This document shows, piece by piece, positions 9,161 to 19,015 of a DNA stretch of 64,000 nt. Source of the stretch: Verrucomicrobiota bacterium (GTDB taxonomy: Bacteria > Verrucomicrobiota > Verrucomicrobiia > Limisphaerales > CANJSG01); assembly GCA_038209745.1 (NCBI GenBank), contig JBBQXJ010000013.1, positions 1 through 64,000 on the forward strand, written 5' to 3'. The position numbers and the translations under genes were made by a program. Each line of letters begins with the position of its first letter. The stretch's first letter is position 1. Under the pieces are notes generated by a model. The model had not been told where the DNA came from, did not search any database, and saw nothing but the letters and a program-made list of their open reading frames with translations.

Positions 9161-10855
9161 ATGAGGTTCCTGCCGATCATCGAACGTGAGCTGCGGGTCG
9201 CGGGTCGCAAGCCGCGCACCTACTGGGGGCGCGTAGGCTCGGTAGCCGTGCTCACGGTCATCGTGTTCTGGGTGCTGCTCGCGTCGGTCAACCAATCCCC
9301 GGCGACCATCGGCCAAACGCTCTTCTACGTGCTCGGCGGGCTCACCGCCTTCACCTGCGCCTTCGCCGGCCTGCGGCTGACCTCCGACTGTCTGAGCGTC
9401 GAAAAGCGGGAGGGAACGCTCGGCCTGCTCTTCCTGACCGATCTGCGCGGGGTGGACATCGCCATGGGCAAGCTCGGAGCGGCCACCATCCAGGCGCTGC
9501 TGAACCTGCTCGCGGTCTTTCCGCTCTTCGCGCTGCCGTTCCTGCTGGGCGGCGTGACGCTGAAGAGCTACGGCCTGTTGTTGGTGGCGTTGTTGGCCGT
9601 GCTCGCCTTGTCCCTTTCCTTCGGGCTGCTGTGTTCGGTGATGTTCCGGGACGACCGGACGTCGCTCGGTGCGGCGGTGCTCCTGATGGTGGTCTCGCTG
9701 GGGGGGCCGCCCTTGGCTCTGGCCGTCCTGCACGAGCTGAACGTCGTCTCAACCGACAGTGTGGAGAAGCTCGTCGGTCTGAGCACCGGAGCACCGATCG
9801 TCGTCGCCCTTTCCGGCCAGTCCACCAATCCGGAGGCATGGCATGCCTTCGTGCTTTCAGGATTCACCACCGGGGCTGAAATCTTGATTTCCCTCGTTCT
9901 GGCGGCGGTCGCCCTGCCTGTCGTTTTCAAGCGCGAAGCCATGGGTGGAGGACCCGCAAAAAAGGGTTCAGCCGCGACCCGTCTCCCCAACACCGATCCG
10001 ACGGAGTCCTTCCGCTTGAACACGCCCCGCCGCGATCTGCTCGACCTCAATCCCGTGGTCTGGCTCTGCCAACGGGGCCGTTTCCAACGGGCGATGCCGT
10101 GGCTCGCCCTCGGAGCGCTCGCAGTCCTCTGGCTGGGTGGCCTCATGATCTGGAAGCGCGCCTGGCTCGATGCCGGCATTTGTCTGTTCACGGCCTTCGT
10201 GCTGCACACGACGCTCAAGTTCCTCGTCGCTTCCTCCGCCTGCCGCCAGTTCAACCAGGACCGCAACAGCGGCGCCATCGAACTGCTCCTCTGCACGTCG
10301 ATGACCGTCCCGGAGATCCTGCGCGGACAATGGCTCGCGGTGACGCGTCAATTCCGGGGTCCGCTGGCTGCCGTCCTCGTCGTCGATCTGCTCCTCTACC
10401 TGAAATTTACGGGGAACATGACGTCCAGCGACGAGATCACGACCACCACGCTCGTCTGGATCGCCGGCGTCGTGGCCTTGCTCACCGATCTGGTCGCGAT
10501 GGTCACCCTCTCCATGTGGCTCGGTTTGACCAATCGCCGGGCCAACGCGGCGGTGACCAAGACCGTGACTCGGGTGATGGGCATTCCGTGGGCCGTGTTC
10601 GTCGTGGGCATGTCGCTCACCTCCATCCTCCCGTTCTCCTTCCGTGGAAACCTGTCGGCCGTCGCCATCATCCTCTTCTGGCTGGCCCTGTCGGTCGGCA
10701 ATGCCATCGCCTGGTTTGTCTACGCGTCGGGTCGCCTGCGGATGGGCTTCCGCACCCAGGCGATCGGCCAGCACAAGGACGGAGCCGGCATCTTAGCGCG
10801 GCTCTTCAGCGGCTTTCGCCAGACTCCTCCACCGTTGCCCGGCGGCTCCCGGTAA
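9161..10855 (+). CDS. ABC-2 type transporter permease with two permease halves
   Basis: MRFLPIIERELR start; SVEKREGTLGLLFLTDL and second-half DRNSGAIELLLCT motifs; many TM helices. Confidence 0.88.
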   Translation: MRFLPIIERELRVAGRKPRTYWGRVGSVAVLTVIVFWVLLASVNQSPATIGQTLFYVLGGLTAFTCAFAGLRLTSDCLSVEKREGTLGLLFLTDLRGVDIAMGKLGAATIQALLNLLAVFPLFALPFLLGGVTLKSYGLLLVALLAVLALSLSFGLLCSVMFRDDRTSLGAAVLLMVVSLGGPPLALAVLHELNVVSTDSVEKLVGLSTGAPIVVALSGQSTNPEAWHAFVLSGFTTGAEILISLVLAAVALPVVFKREAMGGGPAKKGSAATRLPNTDPTESFRLNTPRRDLLDLNPVVWLCQRGRFQRAMPWLALGALAVLWLGGLMIWKRAWLDAGICLFTAFVLHTTLKFLVASSACRQFNQDRNSGAIELLLCTSMTVPEILRGQWLAVTRQFRGPLAAVLVVDLLLYLKFTGNMTSSDEITTTTLVWIAGVVALLTDLVAMVTLSMWLGLTNRRANAAVTKTVTRVMGIPWAVFVVGMSLTSILPFSFRGNLSAVAIILFWLALSVGNAIAWFVYASGRLRMGFRTQAIGQHKDGAGILARLFSGFRQTPPPLPGGSR

Positions 10856-10881
10856 ATTCGCGCAGTCGAGCAAGACGAAGC

Positions 10882-11031
10882 GAGCGCGCACGGTCACGTC
10901 CGCGCGAGACCCAAAGGAAGGTCCGATTCCTCCGGTCGGCCCAAGAAACCCGGACCACCGGCCTGCTGCCGCGCCGTGGAGCTTCCGCAGAAAATCGCCG
11001 CTGGGCTGGCGGACGTGATCGTCCGCGCTCC
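10882..11031. repeat. REP doublet, family GAGCGCGGACGGTCACGTCCGCG
   Basis: Inverted arms at 10882-10904 and 11009-11031 between convergent genes; same family recurs at 34418-34515. Confidence 0.8.
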
Positions 11032-11039
11032 GTTCCGTC

Positions 11040-12566
11040 CTACGTCCACAGCTGGCGGTCCAGACTCCGATACTGGATGGCTTCGCTGATGTGGTCGGCA
11101 CCGATGGCCTCGCAGCCGGCGAGATCGGCGATGGTGCGGGCGACCTTGAGGATGCGGTCGTAGGCGCGGGCGCTGAGGTTGAAGTTGCTCATCGCCATCT
11201 TCAGCAGCTCCATCGTGTCGTCGTCCAAGCGGCACCAGACCTTCAGATCCTTGCTCGACATGCGGGCGTTGCAGCTGACGCGCGGCCTCTGGGCGAAGCG
11301 CTCCAATTGAATCCGCCGCGCCGCGATCACCCGGGCTCGGATGTCGGCGGAAGGTTCTCCGGGTTTGGCCGAGGCGATGTCCTGGAACTTTACCGCCGGC
11401 ACCTCCACATGGAGATCGATCCGGTCCAGCAACGGCCCGGAGATGCGACCGAGGTAGTTCTGGATCTCACGCGGCGAACTGCGCGATTCGTGCGGCATCT
11501 TGCCGTCCGGCGTCGGGTTCATCGCGGCGACCAGCATGAACTCGGACGGGAAGGTCATCGTGCCCGCCGCGCGCGAAATGGTGACCGTCCCATCCTCCAG
11601 AGGCTGCCGCATCGTCTCCAGCACGTTGCGTTTGAACTCCGGCAATTCGTCCAGAAACAGCACCCCGTGGTGCGCCATGGAGATCTCGCCCGGAGCCGGA
11701 TGGACCCCACCACCGAGCAACCCGGCGTCGCTGACCGTGTGGTGGGGCGAACGAAACGGACGACGCGTGACCAACGCCTGGCCCGGGCCGAGCGAACCGG
11801 CGATGCTGTGGATCTTCGTCGTCTCCAGCGCCTCTCCCAACGTGAGCGGCGGCAGGATCGTGGGCAGTCGTTTCGCCAGCATCGACTTGCCGGTGCCGGG
11901 CGGACCGATGAGCAGCACGTTGTGTCCTCCGGCCGCCGCGATCTCCAAGGCGCGCTTGACGGATTCCTGGCCCTTCACATCCAGGAAATCGAGTTCCTCC
12001 TCCAGCGGTTGGTCGAAGAGCGCGGCCACGTCGACCCGCGTCGGCGCGATCTCCAGCCCGCCTTCGAGGAAGGACGCGGCCTCACGGAGATTGCGGACGG
12101 GAATGACGTCGAGCCCGACGACCACGGCGGCCTCCGGCGCATTCTCGGCCGGCACCAACAGGCCGCGCAGGCCCTGCGCCTTGGCCGAGAGCGCGATGGG
12201 CAGAACGCCTTTCACGGGGCGGACCGCGCCGGTCAACGCGAGTTCGCCGACGAGGGCGAATTGCTCCAGACGGGTGGCGTCGATCTGTTCGCCGGCCGCG
12301 AGCATCCCGATGGCGATGGGCAGGTCGAAGCTCGGGCCCTCCTTCTTCACGTCGGCCGGGGCGAGGTTGATCGTCGTGCGGCCCATCGGGAACTTGTAGC
12401 CGGAGTTGGTCAGCGCGGTGGAGACGCGGTCGCGGGACTCGCGCACCGCAGCATCGGGCAGGCCGACGATGACGATGATCGTCTCGCCCCAACCGGCGTT
12501 GACTTCGACCTCGATGGGATAGGCTTCAATGCCCTGCACAGCGGCAGAACAGACCTTGGAGAGCAT
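11040..12566 (-). CDS. comM: YifB/ComM family Mg-chelatase-like AAA+ ATPase
   Basis: IVGLPDAAVRESRDRV, INLAPADVKKEGPSFDLPIA, GPPGTGKSML, FLDELPEF, LSARAYDRILKVARTIADL. Confidence 0.95.
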   Translation of the reverse strand: MLSKVCSAAVQGIEAYPIEVEVNAGWGETIIVIVGLPDAAVRESRDRVSTALTNSGYKFPMGRTTINLAPADVKKEGPSFDLPIAIGMLAAGEQIDATRLEQFALVGELALTGAVRPVKGVLPIALSAKAQGLRGLLVPAENAPEAAVVVGLDVIPVRNLREAASFLEGGLEIAPTRVDVAALFDQPLEEELDFLDVKGQESVKRALEIAAAGGHNVLLIGPPGTGKSMLAKRLPTILPPLTLGEALETTKIHSIAGSLGPGQALVTRRPFRSPHHTVSDAGLLGGGVHPAPGEISMAHHGVLFLDELPEFKRNVLETMRQPLEDGTVTISRAAGTMTFPSEFMLVAAMNPTPDGKMPHESRSSPREIQNYLGRISGPLLDRIDLHVEVPAVKFQDIASAKPGEPSADIRARVIAARRIQLERFAQRPRVSCNARMSSKDLKVWCRLDDDTMELLKMAMSNFNLSARAYDRILKVARTIADLAGCEAIGADHISEAIQYRSLDRQLWT

Positions 12567-12743
12567 TGTGAAAACTTGGGAGCCGCCCCCGCACAAGGCA
12601 ACAGCGGAAACTCGGACTTCCGGTGAAAGGGCCTTGGTTGTTCAGCGGGCCAACGACGCGCAGCCGTGTTCTCCCCCATTTTCGGCCATGGATGGAGGCT
12701 GGTGGATCGAATGCAAAAGTGCTTCTAATCTCCCCATCAAACC

Positions 12744-15700
12744 ATGATTTCGCCGCTGCCATTCCGTCCGCGCATCCTGACCATCCTGCTGGCCGCTTTC
12801 GCGTTCACCGCCCATGCGGCCTCGGACGCGGTCCGCTTCAACCGCGACATCCGCCCCATCCTTTCGGACAACTGCTACCAGTGCCACGGCCCGGACCCCA
12901 AGCAGCGCAAGGGAAAGATGCGCCTCGACGACCGCGCCGCCGCCCTGGCCAAGGAGGCTTTCGTCCCGGGCGACACCAAGAAGAGCGAGCTGGTCTACCG
13001 CATCAACACGGACGATCCCGATGACTTCATGCCGCCGGCGGACTCGCACAAGAAACTGACGGACCGCCAGAAGGATCTGCTCACCCGCTGGATCGCCGAG
13101 GGCGCGCCCTATGAACCGCACTGGTCCTACACGCCCGTCGTTCGTCCCTCCGTGCCGGCCGTCGCCGCCAAGGATTGGGCGACCACGCCGATCGACCTTT
13201 TCATCCTCGAGCGGCTGGAAGCGGCCAAGATCCAACCCTCGCCCGAAGCGGATCGGCGGACCCTGCTGCGCCGGCTGGCGCTGGATCTGACCGGGCTGCC
13301 GCCCACACCCGCCGAGGCGGACGCCTTCGATCGCGACCGCAGCCCTCAAGCCTACCAGAAGCAGGTGGATCGGCTCCTCGCCTCCCCGCACTACGGCGAA
13401 CGCATGGCCGTCCCGTGGCTCGACGCCGTCCGCTTCGCCGACACGGTCGGCTACCACGGCGACCAGGACCAGAACGTCTTTCCCTATCGCGACTACGTCA
13501 TCGATTCCTTCAACCACAACAAGCGCTTCGACCAGTTCACGATCGAACAGATCGCCGGCGACCTGTTGCCGAACGCGACCCCGGAGCAGCGCGTCGCCTC
13601 GGGCTTCAACCGGCTGAACATGATGACCCGCGAAGGCGGCGCCCAACCCCGCGAATACCTCGTCAAATACTCCGCCGACCGCGTCCGCACCGTCTCCACC
13701 GCGTGGCTCGGATCCACGATGGCCTGCTGCGAATGCCACGACCACAAGTTCGATCCCTTCAGCCAGCGCGACTTCTATTCGATGGCCGCGTTCTTCGACG
13801 ACATCAAGCAGTGGGGCGTCTACAGCGACTACACCTACACCCCCAATCCCGATCTCAAGGGCTGGGACAACGACCATCCTTTCCCGCCCGAAATCCTCGT
13901 CACCAACGCCTATCTCCTCCGACGCGAAGCCACCCTCCAGCAGCGCATCGCCGATCTTGCCGCCGCCCAGGCGACGTCCCTGAGGACAAACGCCACCGCG
14001 CGCGCGGACTACGCCAAGTGGCTGGAGCGTTCCCGCAGCTTTCTGCGGACATGGACCGACGGTTGGCAGGTCGCCCTCTATCCCGCCGTGCGGATGGCCG
14101 ACACGAATTCGCCCGCAAAACTGGAAGTGAAGCCCGACGGCTCCGTTCTGGTGACCGGCAACCCGAAGGGAAACGACAAGGTTATCGCGACCTTTGGCTT
14201 GCAGGAGGGACGTGTCGCAGGACTGCGGCTGGAACTCCTGCAAACCGACGTCCACAGCGGCTCGCCGTTCCGCGGAGGACACAAGCAGGGCGAGATCAAG
14301 CTCGCCGCCACCTTGCGCAAGAAGGACGGCAAAACGGTGGACGCGTCCTTCTACGACGCGCAGGCGACCGACAGCCGACCGACCTATTTCAACGGGCACG
14401 AGAAAACCGGGGTCGCCGGCCAATGGAGGACGGCCGCCGATCCCACCAACCAGACCGCCGTGTATCTTCCGAATCCGCCGCTCCAGGCGGAGGAAGGCGA
14501 TCTCCTGGAAGTCAGGATCGAGTCCGACGACATCGGCTGCTTCCGTCTCAGCGTGACGCCGTTCGCCAACGACGACGCCTTGGAATCCGGCGGCAGCGCG
14601 GAACTCGCGTCGGCCTTGAACCGTTCGGCGTGGCTCCTCTCCGCCGCCCAACGCGCGCTGCTGGCCAAGACCTATCTGCTCGCCACCGCCTACGACCGGC
14701 CCGCCTACGACGCGCTCAAGAACCTTCGTCTCGGCGTGCTGGATTGCCGCAATGGCACGGCCCATTCGCTCATCTCCCAAGCGACGACGAACCTCTTCGT
14801 CACGCACGTCCTTCCCCGAGGCAATTGGCAGGACGAATCCGGCCCGATCGTGAATCCCGCGACGCCCCACTTCCTGCCCGGCCCCAAACAACCGGCGGAG
14901 GGCCGGCTCTCCCGCCTCGATCTCGGAAAGTGGCTCGTGGCCCGCGACAATCCGCTCACCGCCCGCGCCTTCGTCAACCGGCTCTGGAAGCAGTTCTACG
15001 GCGCCGGCTTCTCCAACCAACTGGAGGAACTCGGAGCCCAGGGCGAACCGCCGACCCACCCCGACCTGCTCGATTGGCTCGCGGCCGAGTTCATCGAGAG
15101 CGGCTGGGACGTGAAGCACGTCGTCCGCCTCATGGTCTCTTCGACCGCCTATCGCCAAAGCTCGAAGATGCGTCCCGAATTGCTGGACGAAGACCCGAAC
15201 AACCGCATGGTCGCCCGCCAGAACGCCCGGCGTTTGGAGGCCGAATTCGTCCGCGACAACGCCCTCTCCATCGCCGGGCTGCTCAACCCCGAGATCGGCG
15301 GCCCCAGCGCCTTCCCGTATCAGCCCGCCGGCTACTACGCCAACATCCAGTTCCCCGACCGCGACTATCCCACCAGCCACGGCGACCTCCTCTATCGCCG
15401 CGGTCTCTACACCCATTGGCAGCGCGCCTTCCTCCATCCGATGATGGCGAATTTCGACGCCCCGGCCCGCGAGGAATGCACCGTCGACCGCAGCGTCTCG
15501 AACACTCCGCAGCAAGCCCTGACCCTGCTCAACGATCCCGCCTTCGTCGAAGCCGCCCGCGTCTTCGCGGCGAACCTCCTGGAAAACCGCGCCCTCAAAA
15601 CCGACCCCGCCCGCCTCGACGCCGCCTTCGAGAAAGCCCTCCTCCGGCCCATCAAAAACCGGGAGCGCCCCTCGTTGTTGGCCCTGCTCGAAGCCCAGCG

Positions 15701-15854
15701 CGTCTACTACCGGGAAAACCCCGAAGAGGCCGCCAAACTGATCAAAGTCGGTGAGAGCCCAACACCCACCGATGTGCCGCCGACCGAACAGGCCGCTTGG
15801 ACCTCCGTCACCCGCGTGATCCTGAATCTCGGCGAGACCATCACGCGGTATTGA
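12744..15854 (+). CDS. Planctomycete cytochrome c (PSCyt1) + DUF1549 + DUF1553 (PSD1) secreted protein
   Basis: FNRDIRPILSDNCYQCHGPD, LLRRLALDLTGLPPT, CCECHDHKFDP, NPLTARAFVNRLWKQF, PTHPDLLDWLA, TPQQALTLLN. Confidence 0.95.
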   Translation: MISPLPFRPRILTILLAAFAFTAHAASDAVRFNRDIRPILSDNCYQCHGPDPKQRKGKMRLDDRAAALAKEAFVPGDTKKSELVYRINTDDPDDFMPPADSHKKLTDRQKDLLTRWIAEGAPYEPHWSYTPVVRPSVPAVAAKDWATTPIDLFILERLEAAKIQPSPEADRRTLLRRLALDLTGLPPTPAEADAFDRDRSPQAYQKQVDRLLASPHYGERMAVPWLDAVRFADTVGYHGDQDQNVFPYRDYVIDSFNHNKRFDQFTIEQIAGDLLPNATPEQRVASGFNRLNMMTREGGAQPREYLVKYSADRVRTVSTAWLGSTMACCECHDHKFDPFSQRDFYSMAAFFDDIKQWGVYSDYTYTPNPDLKGWDNDHPFPPEILVTNAYLLRREATLQQRIADLAAAQATSLRTNATARADYAKWLERSRSFLRTWTDGWQVALYPAVRMADTNSPAKLEVKPDGSVLVTGNPKGNDKVIATFGLQEGRVAGLRLELLQTDVHSGSPFRGGHKQGEIKLAATLRKKDGKTVDASFYDAQATDSRPTYFNGHEKTGVAGQWRTAADPTNQTAVYLPNPPLQAEEGDLLEVRIESDDIGCFRLSVTPFANDDALESGGSAELASALNRSAWLLSAAQRALLAKTYLLATAYDRPAYDALKNLRLGVLDCRNGTAHSLISQATTNLFVTHVLPRGNWQDESGPIVNPATPHFLPGPKQPAEGRLSRLDLGKWLVARDNPLTARAFVNRLWKQFYGAGFSNQLEELGAQGEPPTHPDLLDWLAAEFIESGWDVKHVVRLMVSSTAYRQSSKMRPELLDEDPNNRMVARQNARRLEAEFVRDNALSIAGLLNPEIGGPSAFPYQPAGYYANIQFPDRDYPTSHGDLLYRRGLYTHWQRAFLHPMMANFDAPAREECTVDRSVSNTPQQALTLLNDPAFVEAARVFAANLLENRALKTDPARLDAAFEKALLRPIKNRERPSLLALLEAQRVYYRENPEEAAKLIKVGESPTPTDVPPTEQAAWTSVTRVILNLGETITRY

Positions 15855-15881
15855 TCCGGAACGATGACCTGGAGGCCGTGT

Positions 15882-16070
15882 GGGCTTCCGGCCTGACGGA
15901 TGGGGCTGCGTCGCCGCGCAGCCCAAGCACCCGGAGGAAACCAGCGAAGCACCGTTTCCGGTTCCTCTCCGCGTTCGACACCGTGGCAGAAGGTGCCCTC
16001 CCGACTTCGCGGACAGACTGGAAGCCCTGACCTGCTTCATTGGACGCTCGATGTTCGATGTTCGATGTTC
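15882..16070. repeat. REP doublet plus heptamer tandem (TCGATGT)n
   Basis: Inverted arms GGGCTTCCGGCCTGACG (15882-15898) and CGGACAGACTGGAAGCCC (16010-16027); then TTGGACGCTCGATGTTCGATGTTCGATGTTC at 16040-16070. Confidence 0.7.
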
Positions 16071-16149
16071 AGCTCTCCGGAACCAGTCTCCATCCCTCCC
16101 ACTCCGGACTTCCCCGCAGCCAATCGTCCCGCCCACACTCCGGCCCATC

Positions 16150-16884
16150 ATGACCAAGATCCTCATCAACGGCTCCAAAGGCCGCATGGGCCAGGCCCTC
16201 ATCACCTGCGCCGCTGAGCACCCGAACCTCCAGATCGTCGGCGCCGTCGATCAGGGCGACGACATCGCCGCCGCCATTCCGCAGTGCGACGCGGTCATCG
16301 ACTTCAGCTTCCACAACGTCACCGCCGGCGTCGCCGCCCTCTGCGCCCAGCACGGCACAGCCCTGGTCATCGGCACCACGGGCCATTCCGAGTCCGAGAA
16401 ATCTGAGATCAAAAATCATCAATCGAAGATCCCCATCGTCTGGGCCTCGAACTACTCCACCGGCGTCAACACGCTCTTCTGGCTCACCCGCAAGGCCGCC
16501 GAAATCCTCGGGCCCTCCTTCGATCTCGAAGTCGTGGAGATGCACCACCGGATGAAGAAGGACGCGCCCAGCGGCACCGCGACCACCCTGCTGGAGATCC
16601 TGGCCGATGTCCGCCAGGTCCAGTTGGAAGAACAGCTCCGCCACGGACGCAAAGGCATCACCGGCGAACGCACCGCCTCCGAGATCGGCATCCACGCCCT
16701 GCGCGGCGGCGACGTGGTGGGCGACCACACCGTGATGTTCGCCGCCCAGGGCGAACGCGTGGAACTCACCCACAAAGCCAGCAGCCGCGACACCTTCGCC
16801 CAAGGCGCCCTCCGCGCCTCCGGCTGGGTCGTCGGCAAGGCCCCCGGCATCTACTCCATGCAGGATGTATTGGGGCTGAAGTAA
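16150..16884 (+). CDS. dapB: 4-hydroxy-tetrahydrodipicolinate reductase
   Basis: GSKGRMG, VIGTTG, EMHHRMKKDAPSGTA, RGGDVVGDHTV, HKASSRDTFAQGA. Confidence 0.97.
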   Translation: MTKILINGSKGRMGQALITCAAEHPNLQIVGAVDQGDDIAAAIPQCDAVIDFSFHNVTAGVAALCAQHGTALVIGTTGHSESEKSEIKNHQSKIPIVWASNYSTGVNTLFWLTRKAAEILGPSFDLEVVEMHHRMKKDAPSGTATTLLEILADVRQVQLEEQLRHGRKGITGERTASEIGIHALRGGDVVGDHTVMFAAQGERVELTHKASSRDTFAQGALRASGWVVGKAPGIYSMQDVLGLK

Positions 16885-16914
16885 TTGGGGCTGAAGTAGG
16901 ACCAGCGCGAGTGC

Positions 16915-17523
16915 ATGAAAACCAAACGCATTTCCAAGCTCAAGACGACGGGCCTCGCGCTGGTGCTCCTAATCGGAGGCTGCGTTTGGTATGTCCGCGC
17001 CAATCCCCGGGTCTTCAACGAGTCGTTCTGGAGCCACGCCTATTGCATTGCACAGGCCGGATCGCCATTCAGTTTTTACGCGAATGATCACGGCGGAGCC
17101 TTTCCCGTCCATACCAACGGCTACGGAGACGCCCTGCTTCTTCTCGCGGACGACGACACATTCTATTTCTACTGCCTGACAGGTCCCGGGTTCTCGAGCG
17201 ATGCGTTGAAGAAAGCCAAGACGAGCGGCGCCAACCTCGACGAGGCGGAGTGTGGAAGGATCTACGTGCAGGGATTGCGAGAGGATTCGAACCCGGAGAC
17301 CGCCATCCTCTTCGACAAGCTGCCGACACCGGGCGACCACTGCCACGGCTTCGCCCGTCTCACCCAGCCGTTCGGACGAGAGGTGTTGTTCGTCGCAGGG
17401 CATCACCAATTCATCCGCACCGCCGACTGGCCCGCTTTCGTTGAGAAGCAGATCAAGCTCCTCATCGAAGCCGGTATTCCGGAATCCATCGCGCAGTCCT
17501 ACTACGCCAATCTACCGGAGTAG
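16915..17523 (+). CDS. hypothetical membrane-anchored protein, weakly DUF1559/H-X9-DG-like
   Basis: N-terminal TM; YANDHGGAFP and H..G.EVLFVAGH resemble PVC prepilin-like family motifs. Confidence 0.7.
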   Translation: MKTKRISKLKTTGLALVLLIGGCVWYVRANPRVFNESFWSHAYCIAQAGSPFSFYANDHGGAFPVHTNGYGDALLLLADDDTFYFYCLTGPGFSSDALKKAKTSGANLDEAECGRIYVQGLREDSNPETAILFDKLPTPGDHCHGFARLTQPFGREVLFVAGHHQFIRTADWPAFVEKQIKLLIEAGIPESIAQSYYANLPE

Positions 17524-17545
17524 GCGCATGGCCGCACCGCTCCAA

Positions 17546-17725
17546 AGCTGCGGAGCAGCGGCAGACCGTAGCCCACAGCGTGAGCTGTGGGTTGATGGCC
17601 AAACCGACAAAAGCCCCGGCAGGGGCGAAAGAGGGATTCTTCCGCCCCTGTCGGGGCTCTGTTCCTGACCGAACCGACACCCACAGCTGACGCTGTGGTC
17701 TACTCTCTACCGCGCCTCCAGCGCT
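17546..17725. mobile_element. composite palindromic MITE/REP (nested inverted repeats, about 180 bp)
   Basis: GTAGCCCACAGCGTGAGCTGTGGG (17568-17591) pairs with CCCACAGCTGACGCTGTGGTCTAC (17680-17703); AGCCCCGGCAGGGGCGAAAGA (17612-17632) pairs with TCTTCCGCCCCTGTCGGGGCT (17638-17658). Confidence 0.75.
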
Positions 17726-17769
17726 ATGGACGGTTCTCCCGGTTTCACGACATCAGCGTTATTCCAAGC

Positions 17770-18465
17770 ATGACATCAATGGACCAAAGCGATTTCGCGA
17801 AGAACGGATTTGCGATCCTTCCCGGAATCTTGGCCCCGGATCGGATCTCCTCGCTCGTGCAGGAGACCGCAATCCTGTCAGAGGCACAGTCTGCCGGACT
17901 GCGAGGACTCCTCGGCCGAAGCACGCTCGTTCGCCAGTTGGCCGTTTCGAAGATCCTCAACGATCTGGCGAGCACCCTTCTCCCGGCTCCGGCCTTCCCC
18001 GTCCGAGCCATCCTCTTCGACAAGACCCCGGACACGAACTGGAAGGTTCCCTGGCACCAGGACCTCGCCATCGCCGTGGCGGAACGCCGCGAGGTGGAAG
18101 GCTTCGGACCTTGGTCGGTAAAGGACGGCGTCCCCCACGCCCACGCTTCGGTTTGGCTGTTGGAACGCATGGTCACGCTGCGGCTGCATCTCGACGATTG
18201 CCCGGCGGACAACGGCGCATTGCGTGTCCTGCCCGGCAGCCATCGCGGCGGCAAACTCTCGGCGAAACAGATCGCCGAATGGCGCGAACGGGTTCCTGAA
18301 ACCGTCTGCGAAGTCCCAGCCGGCGGCGTGCTCCTGATGCAGCCTCTGCTGCTGCACGCCTCTTCCGCGTCCAGCAGCCCAACTCACCGACGGGTGCTCC
18401 ATCTGGAATACGCCTGCGATCCGCTGCCGGGCGGGTTGTGCTGGGCGGAAAGCGGCCGTTGCTAA
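17770..18465 (+). CDS. phytanoyl-CoA dioxygenase family (Fe/2OG) protein
   Basis: VRAILFDKTPDTNWKVPWHQD, LRLHLDDCPADNGALRVLPGSH, LLLHAS, RRVLHLEY. Confidence 0.92.
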   Translation: MTSMDQSDFAKNGFAILPGILAPDRISSLVQETAILSEAQSAGLRGLLGRSTLVRQLAVSKILNDLASTLLPAPAFPVRAILFDKTPDTNWKVPWHQDLAIAVAERREVEGFGPWSVKDGVPHAHASVWLLERMVTLRLHLDDCPADNGALRVLPGSHRGGKLSAKQIAEWRERVPETVCEVPAGGVLLMQPLLLHASSASSSPTHRRVLHLEYACDPLPGGLCWAESGRC

Positions 18466-18599
18466 AACCAATGGGTGGCCACTAGGGTTTCGCTTGCCAT
18501 GTCGCTCGGAAGATCAGAGGAGTCGGCGGCTTCCGATGGTTGTTTTTCAGTTGGAAAAAGCCGGACGCCCGATCCACCCATTCACAATCCATCAACGTG

Positions 18600-19010
18600 A
18601 TGAACGACCGAAACAATCCGGACCTTCCCGACGCACCAGCCGAGGCGGAGACGCCATTGTGTCTCGGTTGCCTGACCCCAAATCTCCCGGAGGCCCATTT
18701 CTGCGCGAAGTGCGGAGCACCGCTCACCTCCTACGCCGCCACCGGTCCGCTTGAGAGACAGTTCGCAATGGGCCACGCCTATCGACAGGCTGCAGAACAT
18801 CCGAGGCGTTTCGTCGTCGTGGCTTTCATCTGGTTGATCTTCGGACTCAATGGACTGGCTTCGCTCTTCCTCATTTCCATGGGTTCGCGGGAAAATCTCC
18901 TGCCCCTCATCGTCGGCGGATTCATGGCCGCGATCTCGGTGGCGATGCTCTGGCGGACTACCCGCGCGTATCTCACCCGGCCAAGACCCACACCTGCCGA
19001 CGACGAGTAA
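18600..19010 (+). CDS. zinc-ribbon membrane protein
   Basis: CLGC...FCAKCGAPL followed by two TM helices. Confidence 0.8.
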   Translation: MNDRNNPDLPDAPAEAETPLCLGCLTPNLPEAHFCAKCGAPLTSYAATGPLERQFAMGHAYRQAAEHPRRFVVVAFIWLIFGLNGLASLFLISMGSRENLLPLIVGGFMAAISVAMLWRTTRAYLTRPRPTPADDE

Positions 19011-19015
19011 CGGCA

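Noticed and set aside
11040..12566. comM as an integration hotspot for mobile elements
   Set aside because: The gene is intact, with no adjacent recombinase or split fragment.
12642..16205. Very long antisense or alternate-frame ORFs (also 5167..7446, 26131..28143, 28185..30179, 34594..36738, 40215..42470, 43485..45524)
   Set aside because: They overlap well-supported genes, lack motifs, and are expected shadows of high-GC codon bias.
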